Assembly (NCBI GenBank): GCA_973895155.1
Contig: OZ316891.1
Coordinates: 4,559,708 to 4,623,707 of the forward strand
DNA length: 64,000 bases
Direction of reading: 5' to 3'
Source of the DNA: Marsupella aquatica
Taxonomy: Eukaryota > Plantae > Marchantiophyta
Part shown: positions 48,183-62,350 of the stretch, one piece after another
Layout: the number at the start of each line of letters is the position of its first letter
How positions within the stretch are numbered: position 1 is the stretch's first letter
The notes under the pieces: model-generated
Seen by the model: only the letters and a program-made list of their open reading frames with translations
Database searches by the model: none
Told to the model about the DNA's origin: nothing
Made by a program: the position numbers and the translations under genes

Positions 48183-51100
48183 ATGGCTTCCATGGCGATG
48201 CAAACAACCGTCAATCCGTTGACAACAAGTTCGGCCTACGAGCTGCGCCGATCGGCGTCCGGATCTGAATCACGTACACTGACGAACGGCTCCATCGCCA
48301 CGGGTTTGTTCACTGGGGGTTCGTCTTTGCGCAACATGCTGAGCTTGACCACGAACCGGCGGACGAGTGGAGGGAGACCGGAGCGTGCGTCTTCTGAGAT
48401 TGTTGTCCCAGTTGTTCCTCTGGCTAGAAAGAAGAACCGAATTTCGGAGGAGTTTGTCAAGCTCCGGGAGATCGGTCAGGTTCGTTTTAGTTGGCTGCAT
48501 TGGAAATTTGCGTTGACTTTCGATGCCCGATGGTTTTCCGTCTTCTTCTTTCCTCTAAGGTTGGAACTTCTATGTTCTTACAATCGTTAGTATTGCGACC
48601 AAGCGGCTTAATGTCACGCCTTACGATGATATGCAATGATACTTTTATTTTCCCTTGTCTGCTTGTCATTAAATTGTAGACGGATTCGAATCTGCAAGTC
48701 ACCCCGGTTCCGAGTTCCAACTGTTTTTCAGCCCGTCAGTGCTAAATTAGGTCGACGGTGCTTGGAACTGTCTTGCTTCATCGATGATGATGGTTTTGCA
48801 GCTTTGGCTGCGATTGCTCCCTTTAAGCCTCGGGTTACGATTCTAACAAGCTGTTATGGCTGATTTGAGCGTTGGCTGTTGATGACACTGATGTTTTTCA
48901 TAAGCTTGTGTACTGAAGGTTCTTCGCAGGACTTGCATAATCAGCATCAGGGAATTCTTGTGTATTCGTTGTGATGTTCAGCTGAAAGATTTCTCTCTAT
49001 ATGTGATGTCTAAGCTTGGCATCTTCGATCTGTTCAAACCCGCTGAAATAATTTATGTGCCAGCGACTTGGTTCAATCTGATCTTGAGTTCGTACACTCT
49101 GAGTTCTTGTGGCTGGCCAAGATTGCAAGCGCGAGGGGAATTTAGAAATACAACTGTTCTTTTGTCGGTGTTGGTTCGTGATCATGGGAGAAGAGAAGCA
49201 TGTTCAGTTCATAATGTTTTGGCATAAATAACCCGTTTTGCACATTTCGATATGTAATTGTGTCCTTAATTTTAATCTGATGTCACTTAAATGTTTTTGT
49301 AGGTTGCATTCATCCCCTACTTGACAGCTGGCGATCCCAACCTAGAGACAACAGTGGCGGCGGCAAAGTTGTTGGACCAGTGCGGAGCAAACATCATTGA
49401 ACTGGGTGTTCCGTACTCCGATCCTCTTGCTGATGGCCCCATCCTTCAGGCATGCCAAATCCAACCCGTCGACCTCAATGTTTGTATGTTTGTATTTCTG
49501 CTTGTGGCTAGATTACAAGTACTTCCTACGTACTTGTAATCTAATCATTTGAAATATCCTGAAATTTCAAAGGTTGGTTATCACCCTTGTCAGATTGATG
49601 TAAGTGCTCACTACTGAATCTCATTCCACCAGGCCGCTGCGACCAGGTCCATCAGTAATAAAACCAACCTGGACTCGGTTCTCGCCTTGATGAGTCAGGT
49701 AACACCATGTTTAATTTTCCTAACCGAAATCTAAAGCAGTAGGTCTCCCAGGATCGATAGATCAGTCTATCCTGGCCATTAATAATAAATGGGGTGTTCG
49801 GTGCAAAGGTTTCCATTATTGCTCGGTTGGGTGAGTAGTACTAGATTCTCTTTATATTCGCACGTCATTGGCCATAAAACTTGTCAATCGTTCGTGTATT
49901 CCTTATTTTGCTCTTCCCCTAATTCTAGTGTTTTCAGTTAGAATATTTCTATCTGTTGTGTTTCGTTGTGCGAGCAGTTGACTGCTGTCAGGGCGCCGAT
50001 TGTGCTTTTCGTCTACTACAATCCACTGTTGAAGCGTGGTATACTGAGGTTTTTGGAGGAGGCATCAGGAGCTGGAGTTTCAGGTGAAGTCGTTTTTAGC
50101 ACGTGCAGGATCGATGGATAGGCTATATTTCTACATATCATGCAATCAGTCTAGCTGTTCTTGAAGATTTCTGTTGTTGCTAAGAGATAATTGTGCTACG
50201 CTACTATGAAATTAAATTGGGTGTTGCTCGTTTATTTGGTTTATTTAGGCGAATAGTACCATTCCTAAGCCAGAGAAATACGGTGTGTTTTGCCATTATT
50301 CTTGCACACAAGCTTAGCGCTGGTACATCATGAAGCTCGTGTTGTTCCCTAGAGGTCCTTCAGCTAGTCCATGCCACCGTTCCCTCAATATTTTATTAAG
50401 CAGAAATCTAGAACGCAAATTTTCCACTGCATACGTAATGTTTTGTGCGGCACTCAATGTGTGTAAATTCACTTGATATTTTTGGTCAACTAGTGAAACG
50501 GACAACCCAGCTATGAGAACAATTTTGTTGCTGATACTATATATATATATATTTTTTTCATTTCAGGCCTAGTCGTTCCTGATCTTCCGATTGAACAGAC
50601 AGGCAAGCTGAGGAAACTCGCTTCAGAAAAGGGTATTGAATTGGTACGTTGACATCCATATATCATATGCTGGTCAAATTTTGGGTAGCTTAGATTAGTT
50701 ATTCCTCGGGATCCTTTCCCGTATTTAGCGACAGCCAAATGCTTTCGATCAATCTCGTGCCGAATTGATCTGTACTCTCGCGTTGTGCAGGTGTTGCTAA
50801 CAACTCCCACTACGCCCACATTGCGTATGACGACTATTGCGGAAGCATCTCAGGGTTTCATCTATTTGGTGAGTCAAACGAAACCAATGATTTTTGGTTG
50901 CGTGATCTGTGTGATGGTTTCCAGGCTAGCTAGTAGTTCTTCATTTCGATCGAACCGAGAGGTGTGAGATCAATTGACTGATGTGATCTTGCCATTGAAT
51001 CAATCTTACCTTGCTAAGTAATGGAAAAAAATACTAATCTGTTCCAAAAGCCGGAACAAATGCCAATCGAGGCAATGAATCTGGAAATACTACAAGCATT

Positions 51101-51716
51101 TCATAACTGGTCCATCTTTTGTTACTCTCAATTTCCAGGTGAGTTTGACCGGTGTCACTGGGACTCGCGCTACAATCCAAGACAGGGTCAAATTTCTTTT
51201 GCGGGATATCAAGAAGGTTTGTAGGTTTGACGGAAGTGTTTTAATCAATAAGCTGACCAAAAAGAAGCTGTGGAAGCCTAAGCAAGTGATTATAAATGAG
51301 ACGAAAGGGTATGGTTGTGTGCATTGCAGGTCTCTGACAAACCTGTCTCGATCGGCTTTGGTGTATCAACACCTGAACAGGCTGCTAAGGTATATATATG
51401 ATTATTCAACTAAAGCTACAGTGGTACTTGCTCTTTGTCAGATCTGGTTAATTACTTTATTGTAGTTTGATTGACTATTGGCTAGCTAGCTATTGTTTCA
51501 ACTTGAAGTTCTTGGCCGTTATATGACTTGTACTGTTGTTGACGTTATCCATGGCAGTTAGCAGCATGGGGAGCAGACGGAGTGATTATTGGCAGCGCAG
51601 TTGTTGAACTTCTTGGTGAGAGCGGATCGCCAGAGGCAGGGCTAAACGCCGTCAAAGATTTTGCAACTCGAGTTCGGGCTGCTCTTCCTGCATTTCCTTC
51701 ATCCCCTCTTGAATGA
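48183..51716 (+). CDS. TSA1: Tryptophan synthase alpha chain, plastid-targeted; 9 exons
   Basis: Exons 48183-48479, 49303-49449, 49633-49698, 49978-50083, 50567-50643, 50791-50868, 51139-51216, 51330-51389 and 51558-51716. Motifs: S/T-rich transit peptide, [73 protein letters not shown]. Confidence 0.95.
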
Positions 51717-53959
51717 ATATATGGTCTGTAGAAGAGAGTAGGACTACTATATATCGGCTTTCAGTCCTTTCTAATTAAGAGTGTTTTCGTTAGATCCTAC
51801 TTTACAGATAACATTACCATTCAAAAGAAAATTCATTCTGTCATTCAAATGATGTAGTAAGAGTCAACATCAGGTCACCATGGGTTGAGACTTCAAGCCC
51901 TTTCTCTCTTGTGCGAGGCAGCATCCAGATGAGGGATCAGAGTTAGAGCGTCTACCTACAATAGGGTCAGCAACAATCCTTTGCATGATCGAGATAGAAT
52001 ATATTTCTTTGAAGACATCTAAACTATTCTCTTATAAATATTAGTCAGGATTATATGACTTGGACATTATGAGTCTTAGTGAGTACGTGGACCACTGGTC
52101 TGAACTGAGTCACATCCGAGTCTGAATCTCAGAGTACAAAAGACCCAAACCACTCCTTTGGGTTAGATGAACTGGGAACTCAGAATTAATTAAAAAACAA
52201 TACACTTTGAAAGTGTTTCACCACTCTAACTTGAGTCTTTCAACATGTATCTCTCTACTCAAACAATATATGAGTTCTCCTTTTTAAGACACCACTAGTG
52301 GAGAGATAGCATGTGCAAAATTCAAAATAAATATAAAGGGAAAGAATTTATGGGGCAGCAAGATTGAACTTTAATCAGGAGACGGGCCCAAAAAAATCCA
52401 ACATACAATAGATGCATTCGCAGTAAAGCACATTAACATGAAATACATTACAAAAAATCTCAAAAACAGAAAAGGTGAAATTAAAGGCCATACACTTTAT
52501 ACATATTGTACCGTTCAGAGCATTGATAACTCTTGAACAACTTTTACTCTTGATCTAATTAAGGCAATCTAAAGCTCTGCTTTCCTTTGAAGGTGGACAT
52601 AACTAGAAGTACGCATTTACAACATTAATTACTCACTGCAAGAATTAGGGGTGACATTTTGACCCTTCCTGTCAAAGATGAAGTAGTAACGTACGCCAGT
52701 CCAGGAAGCTAGTGCGCTCCGTGCTTGTTCAGAATGACAAATTAAACTTCAATTTTCTTCAGTGTTGAGTATGTAATGTGAACTGTAAGTATTTTTCAAT
52801 TGCACCAATGGATCCGATGGACAACAAGTATAATTGTGACACGAGTGGAAAAAACATTCTTGGGGTGCATCGAGATTAATGATTTTGATGCGGGCTATCT
52901 AAGACAAAGCTAGTACGACCACCAGCCCTGGAACTCCCCTCCCTTCTTGGGTCGAGGTTCGAAAATATAGAAAGCACAACATGCAAGTGTCATTCTGATC
53001 GATGCACGTGGTCAGGAGCTATATTACTAAGGGCAATCGATTTCATAGGGATCTTTAAATACGAAAGTGTTTTACAATGCTAGCACGCGTAGATATATGT
53101 GGCACACTTTGTTTGATTTAACTAACAAGGCCAGCAAGATCGATCAACAGGCAAGACTTCTCCATCTAGAACTCCAGCCGAAGGTATTACCCTTCTGGTA
53201 CATAAAATGGCAATCTGGGTGAACAGGTCGTAGATATATAGCAGGTGTCTTTACCTAGCTATAAGGTCAACCCCCTAAACTCACACAAAAGGTTCAACCC
53301 CGGGTTCAACCACACAATTAAATTAAGTTGGTTCAACATGCAACATATATGGGTGACACATTTCCCTTCTCACCTAGAAACATGGCTGACACATTTCCCT
53401 TCTCAAGTAGAAATTTCCCCTGTCAGCCTTTGCAATCTTCCTGCACGTCACATCGACCATTTCTCTGTACCTGGAAAGTTTCCCTCGATCCCACCGTTTG
53501 TTAAATTCTATCTACACATGAGCAGACTCCGAGACAACAATATTGTTTAGAGCCCTAGCCTCACATTATTGGCTCGAGAACTAGCTGAAATAGAGCTGGA
53601 GCGCCCAATGAGATAGCACAAGGAGGATATGCAGTGCTTGGGAAAGTAATGCTCATGACAAGTAGGGAATGTACTGGATGTGCTCACAGGTAAAATAATC
53701 ACTCATTTAACTCGGGGTTTTCCCTGTGAATGTAGTAAACCATTTCCCCAATCATAAGTTGAAGTGACATCCCAAGGAAGATATGGTGACATCCCTAGGT
53801 AACCTTTTTGGTCTCAACCATTTCAACCATACTCAAGGGCTGGCCTATCTAAGTCAATACAACAACTTCAAAAATTCCACAGTTTGTTCCTGGCCGGCTG
53901 GAATGATCAAGACTGTTTAATCTGAAGCTACCTAGTGGAAGCTCTGCTCGATTCCCCTC

Positions 53960-54580
53960 CTCATTTCTTCTCTTCTTCGGGATCATATTGGTTCACCATC
54001 CCGAAAGTTGTTTTGATCTCCGCAGGAGTCTTGCCTGTGATAATGTCAGCAGCTCTTTGACACGTCAATTCTAACAAATTTTGAATATTGAGGTATCCGG
54101 CTGCCTGCAAGAAGCGAGAAGATAAGATTAGAGATCATAAAGTGATCATAGAGGAACCTCAGCAGTACCCACTAACCTGGAGGTCAAAGAAAATACTGCA
54201 ACGTAATTTAGAGAGGTCACCGGCCTAGTACGTCAATTAGTTCAGAATAAAAAATGAGCTTGCGTCAGTATGTAAAACTTACGTTGATGAGACCCACAAG
54301 AGTGTAGTGATCGACCTGGAGAAATTAATTCAGCATCACGCTGTTTAATTTCATCCTCTGTAGGTGCTGGCTTCTCCTCGTACTCTGTTCCAACTGCCAA
54401 TGATATGCGCAATACTATTTAGTGAAACATTGGGCAAAGGAATTGTACTTTTATTTCCAGTGACCTTGACACTATCTGTCAACGTCTCTGAGTATTGCAA
54501 ACGGAAATGTCCACTTCAAATATAACACCATCTGATGACTGGAGCTGCACCTTCCTGTTGACTCGCCTGTTGATTGACAT
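53960..54580 (-). pseudogene. SKP1: SKP1-like pseudogene (intron-containing)
   Basis: MSINRRVNRKVQLQSSDGVIFEVD, IPLPNVS, VDHYTLVGLIN | [34 protein letters not shown]...PEEE. Frameshifts and stops; intron about 54281-54106. Confidence 0.8.
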
Positions 54581-55727
54581 GTTGGTTGATCTGATCGTTG
54601 CTTGATTGACTACCGGTTAGCGTTATATCGATCCTACTTACTTGAATTTCTCTTCCTCCAGGCGTTTTCTTCACTTAGCCCAGAAGACCTAGCTGCCAAC
54701 GAATTTATCCTTGTTGATCATCCCCATATTACAATTGTTGGCAACCAGGATGAAGCAATTTCTTAGCTATATATTTTTTAAGTTGACAGTCTCGATCAGA
54801 TATGTGTGCAGTTCTATCTTTTACATGGTAAGATAGCCGAACGAATACATGTCTTCATTTATACTGTCATAGATGTTATAAAACGAAGGTACTTGTAAAA
54901 ATGATTAAGTAAATTGCGTTTAAAACTGAGACTTGGAATGAACTCAATCGATTTGACCTGCAATTTCAACGAGCAGTTCATAATATTTGAGCTGTTTGCT
55001 ACTAATTCAAAGTCCTCTAGTTTTCTATACAAACTATTATATATAGAGAGTGCCAAGTACAGATCTATACTATACTACAGGTTATCATTTGCAGCTTATT
55101 GTGCAACAAATAATTCTCTTCTATAGTGTTTACCATCAAAGTGTAGCTCTTAATTTGACAAAATCCCATTATTGATCAGAGTGCATTTCTACTTTTAGGA
55201 GGTCAAGTATAGTGGTTGCATTGAGGATTATTCTTGAAACAAGATCGGCAGACAATTCACCTATTCTTTACTTACTTTCATAATACTGGAGTTTGAATGA
55301 CCAAGTCTCATCATGCACGAAATACATCATTAAGCGGTCATGTACCGGCACTTGCAACAATATAATTAGTAAACTCTTACTTCCGAAGTTCACTACAGAT
55401 TAAAGTATTTATTTATCCATTTGGTTTGAAATGATCAATCGAATTGAAATTAAATAGAACCATTTCCGTCAATGGAGTGAATTGTCCTCCATCTGCTCTA
55501 ATTAACCAAGCCCTAAGCCCTGACAAGTCCTGTGTAGACTGGAGAAATTGTGTCTCTCACTTCTTGACATGTGTCTAGATTGATGTTCTGATTCACTTCA
55601 ATTCACAGTAGAAGATCATGACGGCTTCAACTCTCGATCAATCTAAATGAAAATTTATTATGACTGCATGCCTATAAGGTAGACTGCATTCTACGCCTCG
55701 ATTCTACGTACTGATGGGGCTACAGAT

Positions 55728-58700
55728 TTATACTATTTGCCACCTCACAGGATAACCATGCCATTGTTGAATGCAAATAAACTCTCCCCTCAATTGAAGT
55801 AGTGCCTCAAATCCAAATTCTGCCTCAATTCGTGGAGAAGCTTTGTAAGTTGGAGTTTCTGAACGGGCACCTACTATATTCAACCAGCTTACCTTAACTC
55901 TACCTAAGTCCTTCTGAAACTGGTGGTCGTTGGGTGTTTCTTCAAACATGTGATCTCTCAACTCTACTTCATCTAGTGCATCCTCTGGTGCACTAGCGTG
56001 AATTGCTTCAGCTTCTGTTGTAGTTTCCACCTCAGATGGAAGGATGACCTCCCTGATGACACAGAGCTTGGTCTCTTTTCCGGCCTCTTTCTGTACATCA
56101 AGGGCTGTTCTTACTCTTACGGTCATTATGTCTCCCACGTCTGGGAAAGGAGGACAATTTGCAAGATTGACTGGAAGCTCTCTAAGTAGAGTATCTCCGA
56201 TCTCCATGGCTACAATCTCTCTAGCCCCTCCATCACCAACAACGCCCCTTTGGAGTGGAAAAAACTTGTGTATAATTCTGGATAGCATTCGACAATTATT
56301 TCCAGGATATTGTAGTAACTTTGGTTCCAGAATTGTAAACAGAGAATACTCATCACGAGCCCAAGCCAAGGAATTCCCTCTTTGATCTTCTTCGTATGCC
56401 TGTTTGTACCAATCTGCCTCAAAAAATATTTCCATGCAGCCCATGAATTCATGCATGAAAATTGACTGAATGATTGCTTTCCAATTCTCTGGAAGTGTCA
56501 CGTCTATACTCCCATCCACTAGGACCACCACGTGATCTCCTGGCCTGTAGACTTGTTTCTTCCACACAGCTGCTCGCAAAGGAGTGCAAGTATCACTCAT
56601 GTGCTCACTGCCGTCTACGAGAACTCCAGCATCTGTCCAACATTGCTTTATTGACAGAGAAGTTGAGGTCCTGAGTTTTTCTGACTTCTTCCTTGTTGAC
56701 CCGATGCCAATCCCTTTGCTGATCACCATTTGTTTGCAGGCATATGATTCCGCTGACAATATCATACCATCCCATAACTCTATAGCCAATGATTGGCTGG
56801 AAACTATTGCCACACAATGGTGGTGCCATTCAGGGCATTCAAACACTCTCTTGTCTCTTGACATGTGTTCCCTTTTATGTGCAGAAGTAACTCGCAAGGA
56901 CGCATGCACTTTGGCTACTGCCCTCTGGTGGGGGAACAGTCCATCGTCATCCTCCCAAATGTAGATACAGATTTTAGTGAAAAATCTTCTTGCAAAATGG
57001 AGGGAGTAAGTAACTTCCTGGTCTTTTTGATTGGTTCTGGTGCGTCCATAATCAGATACCATTCTCTCAAACCGGTAGCACCAATAAACATGATGAGGGC
57101 CATGTCTTTCAATCCCATCAAAGATCTCACCACTCCCTGATCCAATATCACCCATATACAACTCATTGTAAGATTGGACTATTATCATTGAAAGCGACTA
57201 AAATTTCAAGTCACATGATCGATACACAGTCACATTGTATATCCAAGATCTCTTCCAAATCTTCAACTTGTAACTAGCATTTTCTTACCTGCAACGTGGT
57301 CTAGAATAGCTCCAGTTGGCCCCCAAGCTTCTTCGGACCTAACCCGCCAAGAGGCCAAAAGAGACCTGCCTTTGTTCAAGGTCTATGTTGTCCACCCCTC
57401 GTCCCTGCTCTTGATGTAGAACAAGCGAGCAATCTCTACCAAAAGGATTCCTAGCATTCCAAGTTGAGAATCAAGTCTTATTCCCACCTCATGAAGAATG
57501 TGTGGCACACAATATATTATGAATCTGGTGAACTCCTCAGCTTTAAAATAGCCTAACCTATCGAATGGTTTTTTGGGCCACCTGCCATCAAATCCCTTTG
57601 GACGCCTGGCCGTCACTTCCTCTAAAGCATCTTCAAAAAGCTTTTGATCTGAACGGGAAATGCTACTAATTAACAGCTCACAATATTTCTTGAACAAACA
57701 CAATGCCAGGATATGCATGGTGTCATAAACCAGATCCTTCATCAAGCAAAACCCAGTAAGGTCGTGTAGCTTCCAAGCTCGGGTCATACCAGAAACCCCA
57801 AACTCCCTACTAATTGCACTCTTCTCTTGCTTGGAAGAAGCCTTGGTCCATCGTCTGGCTCCCTCTTTCACTTCCTCTATTTGTCTGGCAGGTGGTGGAT
57901 ATCTCATTTGCCGCCTGTTGTTGTCATACACTGCCCTTCCTAGGAAGGGTGCCCTAGTTGATTGGATAGTTGAACCTCCTTCTACGGGCGATTTGTATTT
58001 AATCCATCTACTACTCATCTTACAATTTCTACAAGCAGAATGACCAGTAGTATTCCAACCCCCGGATTTACACTGGGGCAGGATGATCCCCTGTGAAAAT
58101 TGTTAGGTTTGCTCTGAGCACAAATCTCTGATCAAATAGAACATGAGTTTCATCTATTAATTCCACAGGATAGTTGTAATCAACCTCAATTCCGTTCACA
58201 AGCAACTCTTCCAATTCTCTTATGAATGGTTCTAAGAAAGCATCCAAGCAATTTAGTGCCTTCTTTTGAGCATTGTCATCTTTGATCGGTGGAATGAAGA
58301 GCACAGGGATGGGAGGTATTCTCGATGATGACCCAGAGTTTAGCACTTGAACTTCCACAGTCCATGTGCTTTTATGGGTAGTTGTGGTGGATTGAAATCC
58401 ATCCCAATGTGCCATAAGGCCAATGTTTTGTGGGTCACCCTGATCAATGACAAAGTACTAATCACATATCAGTACACATTTTGGACCTAGGTTGCTAAAT
58501 CAAATTAAAAGTTCTTGATAGTAAGTAAGTTCACCTTAGCAAAAGCTGGAGTGGACGTCACTCTACCTCCACAATCCCTGCATTGGAAGTCGTATTGCTG
58601 GCTCGTTTCATCCCAATTGCCCTTGTTCAATAACTCTGGACATTTTTGGGGAAGAGTTGCATAGCATGCATAACATTTTCTGCACAACACTGGGACCTCA

Positions 58701-59816
58701 AATTCATTGCTTAAGTCCCAAAAGTAAGAGAGCTCAGCGGCTCTGTTGCCATCCCACCATTCTTTGTAAACAGGTCTCGGAGCTGAATCCTTTCTGAACC
58801 ATTTATCTTTATCCCTCCACATTGCCTGGAATTCATGACAAATTGACCGACTACTACATAGCTTCCTCAATACAGGTCCAATCGGGAAATATTCAAACAC
58901 AATCATGTCCTTCCGAACCTTGCCGCAACCTACTTGTGGACAAATTTCTGAACATTGGGCACAATCCCTAGCCAACAACCACTTTCGTCTGGGATCTTCA
59001 AGTCGGTTTGAACATTGGCACTTGACTCCAGTTGAAACATTATAGTCGTCTTGATCAGAGGGCCCTAACAGCTGCGGAACATGCCATTTCTTTTTACATC
59101 CTATACACATTCTCCAGCGCCTGAGTCATTGGCATCCCATATGCTTCGAATGTGCTACACAAGCCCTTGAAAGATGACAGTGAAGCAGATCCATGCCGCC
59201 CTCCATCCCAGGACACCCCAGCATGTTTGAGGAGTTCTCCCAATTCTTGGGCACCAAAGTCATTCGATGTGGTCTGCTTCCCAGTTGCTCCAGATTTCTG
59301 ATTTGTCCCGTGGAGCATTTTCAAAATGTTGTCTTGCAATTTCTGAGGCATCTTTGCCTCATCTAGCATAGACTGTAGTTTCCATGTCTCCCGATAAATT
59401 GCCTCGTCTAGACCCAGCCTTGATTGAGGCAATATGTGGATCCCGTATTGCATCCTGGGAGGTATACCGTTTGCATCAACATCCATATACTCTGGATGGC
59501 CATTAATTGCAGTCGATTCCTCACAACTATAGCCTCCCGTTAGAGCCCTGTACAGCGGAGTTTTTTGCCTAAGCCTCCATTGCTGTTGTCGCGACAATTG
59601 AACACCTGGGAAGTATGTGTTCGCACCATCGCTTGTTTGACAACCTCCGCCATTGAATTGACCACGCTCCACAATAAGCTTAGCTGCACATACCTTGCCT
59701 TCAGCGTCCAGTGCTGAATGCCTTTTCAGTGTTTTTGGACTCACCATATCAAACCCTCGCACAAATCGCGAGCATTTGTACTTGCAGGTACATTTTACTT
59801 TCCCTTGAACAGGCAT
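55728..59816 (-). pseudogene. CACTA/EnSpm (CMC) transposase (TnpD/Transposase_21-like) with C-terminal BAH-like region
   Basis: N-terminal C.C...C...H, FEYFPIGPVL, EWWDG, AHWDGFQ...STW, FLEPFIRELEEL...GI, FTGDHPA, YDTMHILAL, FKAEE and YWCYRFER. Introns near 58530-58441 and 57287-57190; frameshift near 59100. Termini not found. Confidence 0.8.
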
Positions 59817-60879
59817 CGTGGTCGGTGTGAGCTATGAGGCACCAGTTCATTCCTCGACCCTAGCCCTCGTCGTGGTGTGAGCTATGGAGGCACTCGTTCA
59901 TTCCTCAACCCTATATACCACAGAGTACGCAGACTTCAAATGACTAACATAAATGAGCGCCTAACGAGCTCCATCCAAGATCCAAGATGTCCTCAGAAGC
60001 AGCCTCCTCAGGTGTACGTGCCTATATATCTGTCCGAACATTTGGCCAGCAGGCCTACTATTTGACAAAAGTAGCTAGTGGCCTATTATTTCCACTGGCC
60101 AACTAGTTGACAAAACTAGCTAGTCGCCTATTATTTCCACCAGCTGTAGTTATTGAAACTTCACACCTTGCGTGATTTAGCTTATGAGCCATCACACCTT
60201 TGCGCATGCAGAATTTCTTTGGTGTCTAGCCTTTCTAGAATATATCTTAATCTTTGACTCAATAATTGAAATGGGTGAAGATGTTTTACCTTAAGGACCA
60301 AGTTAATATCAAATTTTTGTGTTTACAAACCAATTCTAGATGGATGAAACGAGCAAGTTCTGAAGTATCTTATTTTTTGCCACTTTTCGGAAACTGTAAT
60401 CTACTGATGAATTTATTCAGTACGTGGTGGAAATTCATATCATATGATCAATGATTATGAGTGACTCTGCATATCACTAGCGCACTATGTTTAAGTAGGA
60501 AAAGTAATATATCTAGACGGGACATTCCATGACTGTAGCGCACTCTATTTTCTCCTGTTTTAGGAGGTAGCTGCATATCGTGCGGAATGAATGGCACGTT
60601 ACATTGATGGCGAATTCGGGAGGGATGATACTCTTCTTGGTAGCCGGGCTAGCATATTCTTTGGGCCAGCCAATGTGGTAACCAACCGGAGTGGTTCTGT
60701 AGGGTACGATGCTAGTTTAATGTGCCTAAGTAAATTAATCTTTTGCATTTTATAGAATACATGCAATGTCTCCCGAGCATCCTACATAGGCTTCAAAATT
60801 TGAAGCCTAAGTGGATTGAAAGCTCTATGACTCAGGCCTACCCTAGAATATCTCAAAATATCCTACTACAACAGTTTAG

Positions 60880-62350
60880 AGCAGTTTAGGGTACCCAAAA
60901 CATCATAGAGTACCCTAGAGTTTTCTAGACTACCACAAGATACCCAGAAAATATAAAAGTACCCCACAATATTACTTAAGACCATAGTAGGGTGCCCACA
61001 TTATTTTAAAGTACCCCAGAGTCCCCAACACTAAGTACCCATAGTAGGGTACCCCAAATGCCTAAGAGTACCCTAGAATACCCCAAAACAGTTCAGAGGA
61101 GGATTGGGTACCCCAAACATTTAAAGTACCCCACAGTTTTCTAGAGTACTACAAGATACACAAAAAATGTAAGACTACCCTAGGATACCCCAAAACAGTT
61201 CATAGGAGATTTGGGTACCCAAAACATCTTAGAGTACCCCAGAGTTTTCTAGAGTACCACAAGATACCCAAAAGTATTAGAGTACCCCGTGACATTATTT
61301 TGGGCTATACTAGGGTGCCCCCATTATCTTAAAGTACCCCAGAGTCCCCAAAGTCCCCAACACTACCACAGGGTACCCGAAATGCCTAGAGTACCCTAGC
61401 ATACCCAAAGATAGGATAGTTCAGAGGAGATTTGGGTACCCAAAACATCTTAGAGTACCCCAGAGTTTTCTAGAGTACCACAAGATACCCAAAAGTATTA
61501 GAGTACCCCGTGACATTATTTCGGGCTATACTTGGGTGCCCCCATTATCTTAAAGTACCCCAGAGTCCCCAAAGTCCCCAACACTACCACAGGGTACCCG
61601 AAATGCCTAGAGTACCCTAGAATACCCAAAGATAGTTCAGAGGAGATTTGGGTACCCAAAACATCTTAGAGTACCCCAGAGTTCTCTAGACTACCATTAC
61701 CCAACATATGTTATTTAGAGTACCCCGTGACATTACTTTAGACTAGAGGAGGGTGCCCCCATTATCTTAAAGTACCCCAGAGTCCTGAAAACAAGTACAC
61801 TACCATAGGGTACCCCAAATGGCTTAGAGTACTCTAGAATACCCCCAAAATAGTTCAGAGGAGGTTTGGGTACCCAAATCATCTTAGAGTACCCAGAGTT
61901 CTCTAGACTACAACAATATATCCAACATATGTTATTTAGGGTACCCCCTAATATTACTTTAGACTATAGGAGGGTGCCCGGATTATGTTAAAGTACCCCA
62001 GAGTCCCCAACACTACCACAGGGTACTCTAAAATAATGCCTTAGAGTACCCCTAGATTATGTACCCCAAAATAGTTCAGAGGAGGTTTGGGTACGCAAAA
62101 CATCTTAGAGCACCCCAGAGTTATGTAGACTACCACAAGATATGCAACATATATTAGGAGTACCCCTTGACATTACTTTAGACTATTTATATACAGTAGG
62201 GTGCCCCAAGGGGTGCTGCCATTTTCTTAAAGTACCCCAGAGTCCTCAGCACTAAGACAGGGTACCCGAAATGCCTTAGAGTACCCTACAATACCCCAAA
62301 ACAGTTTAGAGGAGTTTTGGGTACCCAAAACATGTTAGAGTACACCAGAG
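60880..62350 (+). repeat. Satellite of about 220-bp units built from GTACCC-containing sub-repeats
   Basis: gggtacccaaaacatc(t)tagag recurs at about 60889, 61107, 61213, 61434, 61650, 61868, 62089 and 62319. Confidence 0.9.

Noticed and set aside
55391-60480. CACTA pentamers at 55391 and about 60475 as CACTA termini
   Set aside because: No inverted partner or 3-bp TSD could be paired.
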